The notes beneath the pieces were generated by a model. That model was not told where the DNA came from. It saw only the letters and a list, made by a program, of their open reading frames with translations, and did no database searches. Positions 61,700-64,000 of a DNA stretch of 64,000 bases are shown here, one piece after another (the stretch's first letter is position 1; every line of letters starts with the position of its first letter). The stretch lies in assembly GCA_963798845.1 (NCBI GenBank), contig CAWCUS010000001.1, positions 736,001 through 800,000 of the forward strand. Reading direction: 5' to 3'. The translations under genes were made by a program, and so were the position numbers. This stretch comes from an uncultured Gemmatimonadales bacterium. GTDB lineage: Bacteria; Gemmatimonadota; Gemmatimonadetes; Longimicrobiales; RSA9.

Positions 61700-61814
61700 C
61701 GGGACCTCCAGGCGGGAGAGACGAGCGGGGAGCGCGATCGTGTCGCGGCACTCTCTCCAATCTAAACGTCTCGGACGTGTCATCCGATACGGTGCAGGCG
61801 CGCGCGGGGATGCG

Positions 61815-61954
61815 ACCCGCCCCGGCGGCGCTTCACCCGCGCCGGCGGCGCCTCACCCGCCCCGGCGGCGCTTCACCCGCGCCGGCGGCGCCTCACTCTC
61901 CCCGGCGACGCCTCAGCCGCCCCGGCGGCGCCTCAGCCGCCCGGACGACGCCTC
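61815..61954. repeat. 20-bp tandem repeat x7 (ACCCGCSCCGGCGGCGCYTC), degenerating rightwards
   Basis: Units every 20 bp from 61815; intergenic, downstream of the sulfatase. Confidence 0.9.
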
Positions 61955-61971
61955 AGGCGCCGGCGTATCCT

Positions 61972-63420
61972 TCAGCCGCCCGGCTTCAGGCGCTCGTTGG
62001 CCTGCCAGTCCCCTCTCCGCACCGGGATCTGCATCCCGCCCGTGGCCTCGAGCCGGTCGTAGAGCCGGTCCCGCATCGCCTTCACCGTATCCTGGTAGGT
62101 GGGGACGTAAATCAGGTTGTGCTGCTCCAGCGGGTCGTTCTCCAGGTCGTAAAGCTCGTTCAGGTCCCATACGCCGTGGTACGTGATGTACTTGAAGCGG
62201 TCGCCGCGCAGCGCGAAGGTGGTGGGCGTGTGCGGGAACGCATACTCCCAGTAGTACTCGTAGAGCATCTCCCGCGGCGCGCTCGCCGCTTCACCGCGCA
62301 GGACCGGGAGCACGGAGGCGCCGTCCACTGTCCACGGGATCTTCACCCCTGCGAGCTCCGCGATCGTGGGGGCGATGTCGATGTTGCGGACCATGGCGTC
62401 CGTCGAGGTGCCTGGCGCGATCCACCCCGGCGCCCAGGCGATCATCGGGATGCGGATGGATTCCTCGTACGCGTTCCGCTTGTCGATCAGGCCGTGCTCG
62501 CCCAGGAGGAAGCCGTTGTCGCTCATGTAGAGGACGAGCGTGTTCTTCGCCAGGCCGCTCTTCTCCAGGTAGTCCAGGACCTGCCCGATCGTCCGGTCGA
62601 GGTCCAGCAGCGTCTCGGCGTAGCGGCGGTAGAACTCGTCGAAGTCCATCTGCCCCTGGTACGGGTACGCCACGCCATGCCACCCGTACCGCTGTGCCTC
62701 CACCCAGTGCGGCTTGTCCCGGTAGTTGGACTCGGTGTTGGCCATGGTGGGAGGGTACGGGATGTCCACGCCCGCGTACTTCCCCGAGTCCTGCGGCGAC
62801 GGAACGAACTCGGCGTGCAGCGCCTTGTGGGAGAGCTGGAGGTAGAACGGATGGCTGTCCCCCTTCTGCTGCTCGAGCCACTGGATGGCGTAGTCTGTGA
62901 GGATGTCCGTGGTGTAGCCTTTCGCCTGGACATGGTCGCCGTCCACGTTCAGCGTCGGATCCACGTAGACGCCCTGCCCGGGAAAGCTGACCCACCGGTC
63001 GAATCCGGGCCTGGGGTCGTCGGTGTGCTCGCCCATGTGCCACTTGCCGATGAAGGCCGTGCGCCACCCCGCCTCCTGGAGCAGCTCGGGGAAGGTGTGG
63101 GTCCCGGGCGGGGGCGGTGTGGTGTTGTCCACGATGCCGTGCCGGTGCGCGAGCTGCCCGGTGAGGATGGACGCGCGGCTCGGAGAGCAGAGCGACGTGG
63201 TCACGAACGCGTTCCGTATGTGCAGCCCTCCCGCCGCCATGCGGTCCAGCGCCGGGGTGTGCAGGAAGTCCGGCGCGCCTTCCATGAAGCTCAAGAAATC
63301 GTAGCGGTGGTCGTCGCTCACGATCAGGATCACGTTGCGCGGTTGCGCCTGCGCGCACAGGGGTGAAGCGGCGCCCGCCGTGGCGAGCAGGGTGAGGAGG
63401 CCGGCGGCCGGTCGTCTCAT
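61972..63420 (-). CDS. Cys-type (formylglycine) S1 sulfatase, exported
   Basis: PRNVILIVSDDHR, LCSPSRASILTG, IGKWH, SDNG, DKRNAYEES. Confidence 0.93.
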   Translation of the reverse strand: MRRPAAGLLTLLATAGAASPLCAQAQPRNVILIVSDDHRYDFLSFMEGAPDFLHTPALDRMAAGGLHIRNAFVTTSLCSPSRASILTGQLAHRHGIVDNTTPPPPGTHTFPELLQEAGWRTAFIGKWHMGEHTDDPRPGFDRWVSFPGQGVYVDPTLNVDGDHVQAKGYTTDILTDYAIQWLEQQKGDSHPFYLQLSHKALHAEFVPSPQDSGKYAGVDIPYPPTMANTESNYRDKPHWVEAQRYGWHGVAYPYQGQMDFDEFYRRYAETLLDLDRTIGQVLDYLEKSGLAKNTLVLYMSDNGFLLGEHGLIDKRNAYEESIRIPMIAWAPGWIAPGTSTDAMVRNIDIAPTIAELAGVKIPWTVDGASVLPVLRGEAASAPREMLYEYYWEYAFPHTPTTFALRGDRFKYITYHGVWDLNELYDLENDPLEQHNLIYVPTYQDTVKAMRDRLYDRLEATGGMQIPVRRGDWQANERLKPGG

Positions 63421-64000
63421 GGTCCCTCCAGGCGGAAATGGAGCTGCTGCGTGTCCGCGGAGCTGCCGCCGATGAACACGGTGAACTCGCCGGGCTCGGT
63501 GACGCGGCGCATGTCCGGGCCCCAGAACCAGAGGTCGTCCGGCCCGATCGTGAAGCGCGCCGTCTCCGACTGCCCCGGCTCCAGCAGGATCCTGCGGAAG
63601 CCACGGAGCTCCTGGACCGGGCGGGTGATGCTGGCGACGTCGTCGCGCAGGTACAGCTGGACCACCTCGGCACCGGCGCGCTTCCCCGTGTTCGTCACCG
63701 TCACTTCGACCGTGACGCTGTCCCCCATGCCGATGGCCGGCTGGCTGAGCCGCGGCGTGCCGTATGAGAACGTGGTGTAGCTGAGCCCGTAGCCGAACGG
63801 GTAGAGCGGCGTCCACGGGAGGTCGATGTACTTGGACGTGTAGTGGTTCGCGGAGTCCGGCGGGCGGCCCGTGTTCTTGTGGGCGTAGTAGATCGGGACC
63901 TGCCCCGTCGCCCGCGGGAACGTGATCGGCAGCTTCCCCCCCGGGTTCACGTCGCCGAACAGGACATTGGCCACGGCCGGGCCCATCTCCACGCCAAGGA
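63417..64000 (-). CDS. GH3 beta-glucosidase (BglX-like), C-terminal part; 5' end beyond the window
   Basis: LFGDVNPGGKLPITFP, PLYPFGYGLSYTTF, NTGKRAGAEVVQLY, ELRGFRRI (Fn3-like domain). Confidence 0.92.
   Translation of the reverse strand, partial: LGVEMGPAVANVLFGDVNPGGKLPITFPRATGQVPIYYAHKNTGRPPDSANHYTSKYIDLPWTPLYPFGYGLSYTTFSYGTPRLSQPAIGMGDSVTVEVTVTNTGKRAGAEVVQLYLRDDVASITRPVQELRGFRRILLEPGQSETARFTIGPDDLWFWGPDMRRVTEPGEFTVFIGGSSADTQQLHFRLEGP

Overview
High-GC genomic DNA from a diderm bacterium (TolC, SusC/SusD, many lipoproteins, ADOP-type duplicated permeases and a plug-only TonB lipoprotein; this mix suggests Gemmatimonadota, which is inference). No rRNA, tRNA, transposase, phage or CRISPR-cas genes were recognised. 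From left to right: an archaeal-type gatE-gatD pair; a beta-propeller/phosphoesterase; a TetR-TolC-EmrA-EmrB efflux operon; a decayed gene mosaic next to REP-like palindromes; a run of exported amidases/peptidases (penicillin-acylase family, M1, S10, GGT, CocE/NonD); a 1-kb repeat/low-complexity intergenic region; an Asp-less receiver + KaiC-like ATPase + GAF histidine kinase operon opposite a sirtuin; and a large beta-glucan (probably beta-1,2-glucan) utilisation locus (LacI, SusC, SusD, GH144, ABC importer, Cgs-like GH94, GH1), followed by GH43, a sulfatase and a partial GH3. Best leads: (1) GatDE in a bacterium; (2) a SusD with an inserted HtrA-like PDZ domain; (3) the KaiC-like module with a D-to-E pseudo-receiver; (4) unrelated tandem-repeat expansions just before the autocleavage nucleophile of both Ntn hydrolases. 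Several single-base indels suggest residual assembly errors, so frameshift-type observations need read-level checks. All calls come from motif recognition, not database searches.
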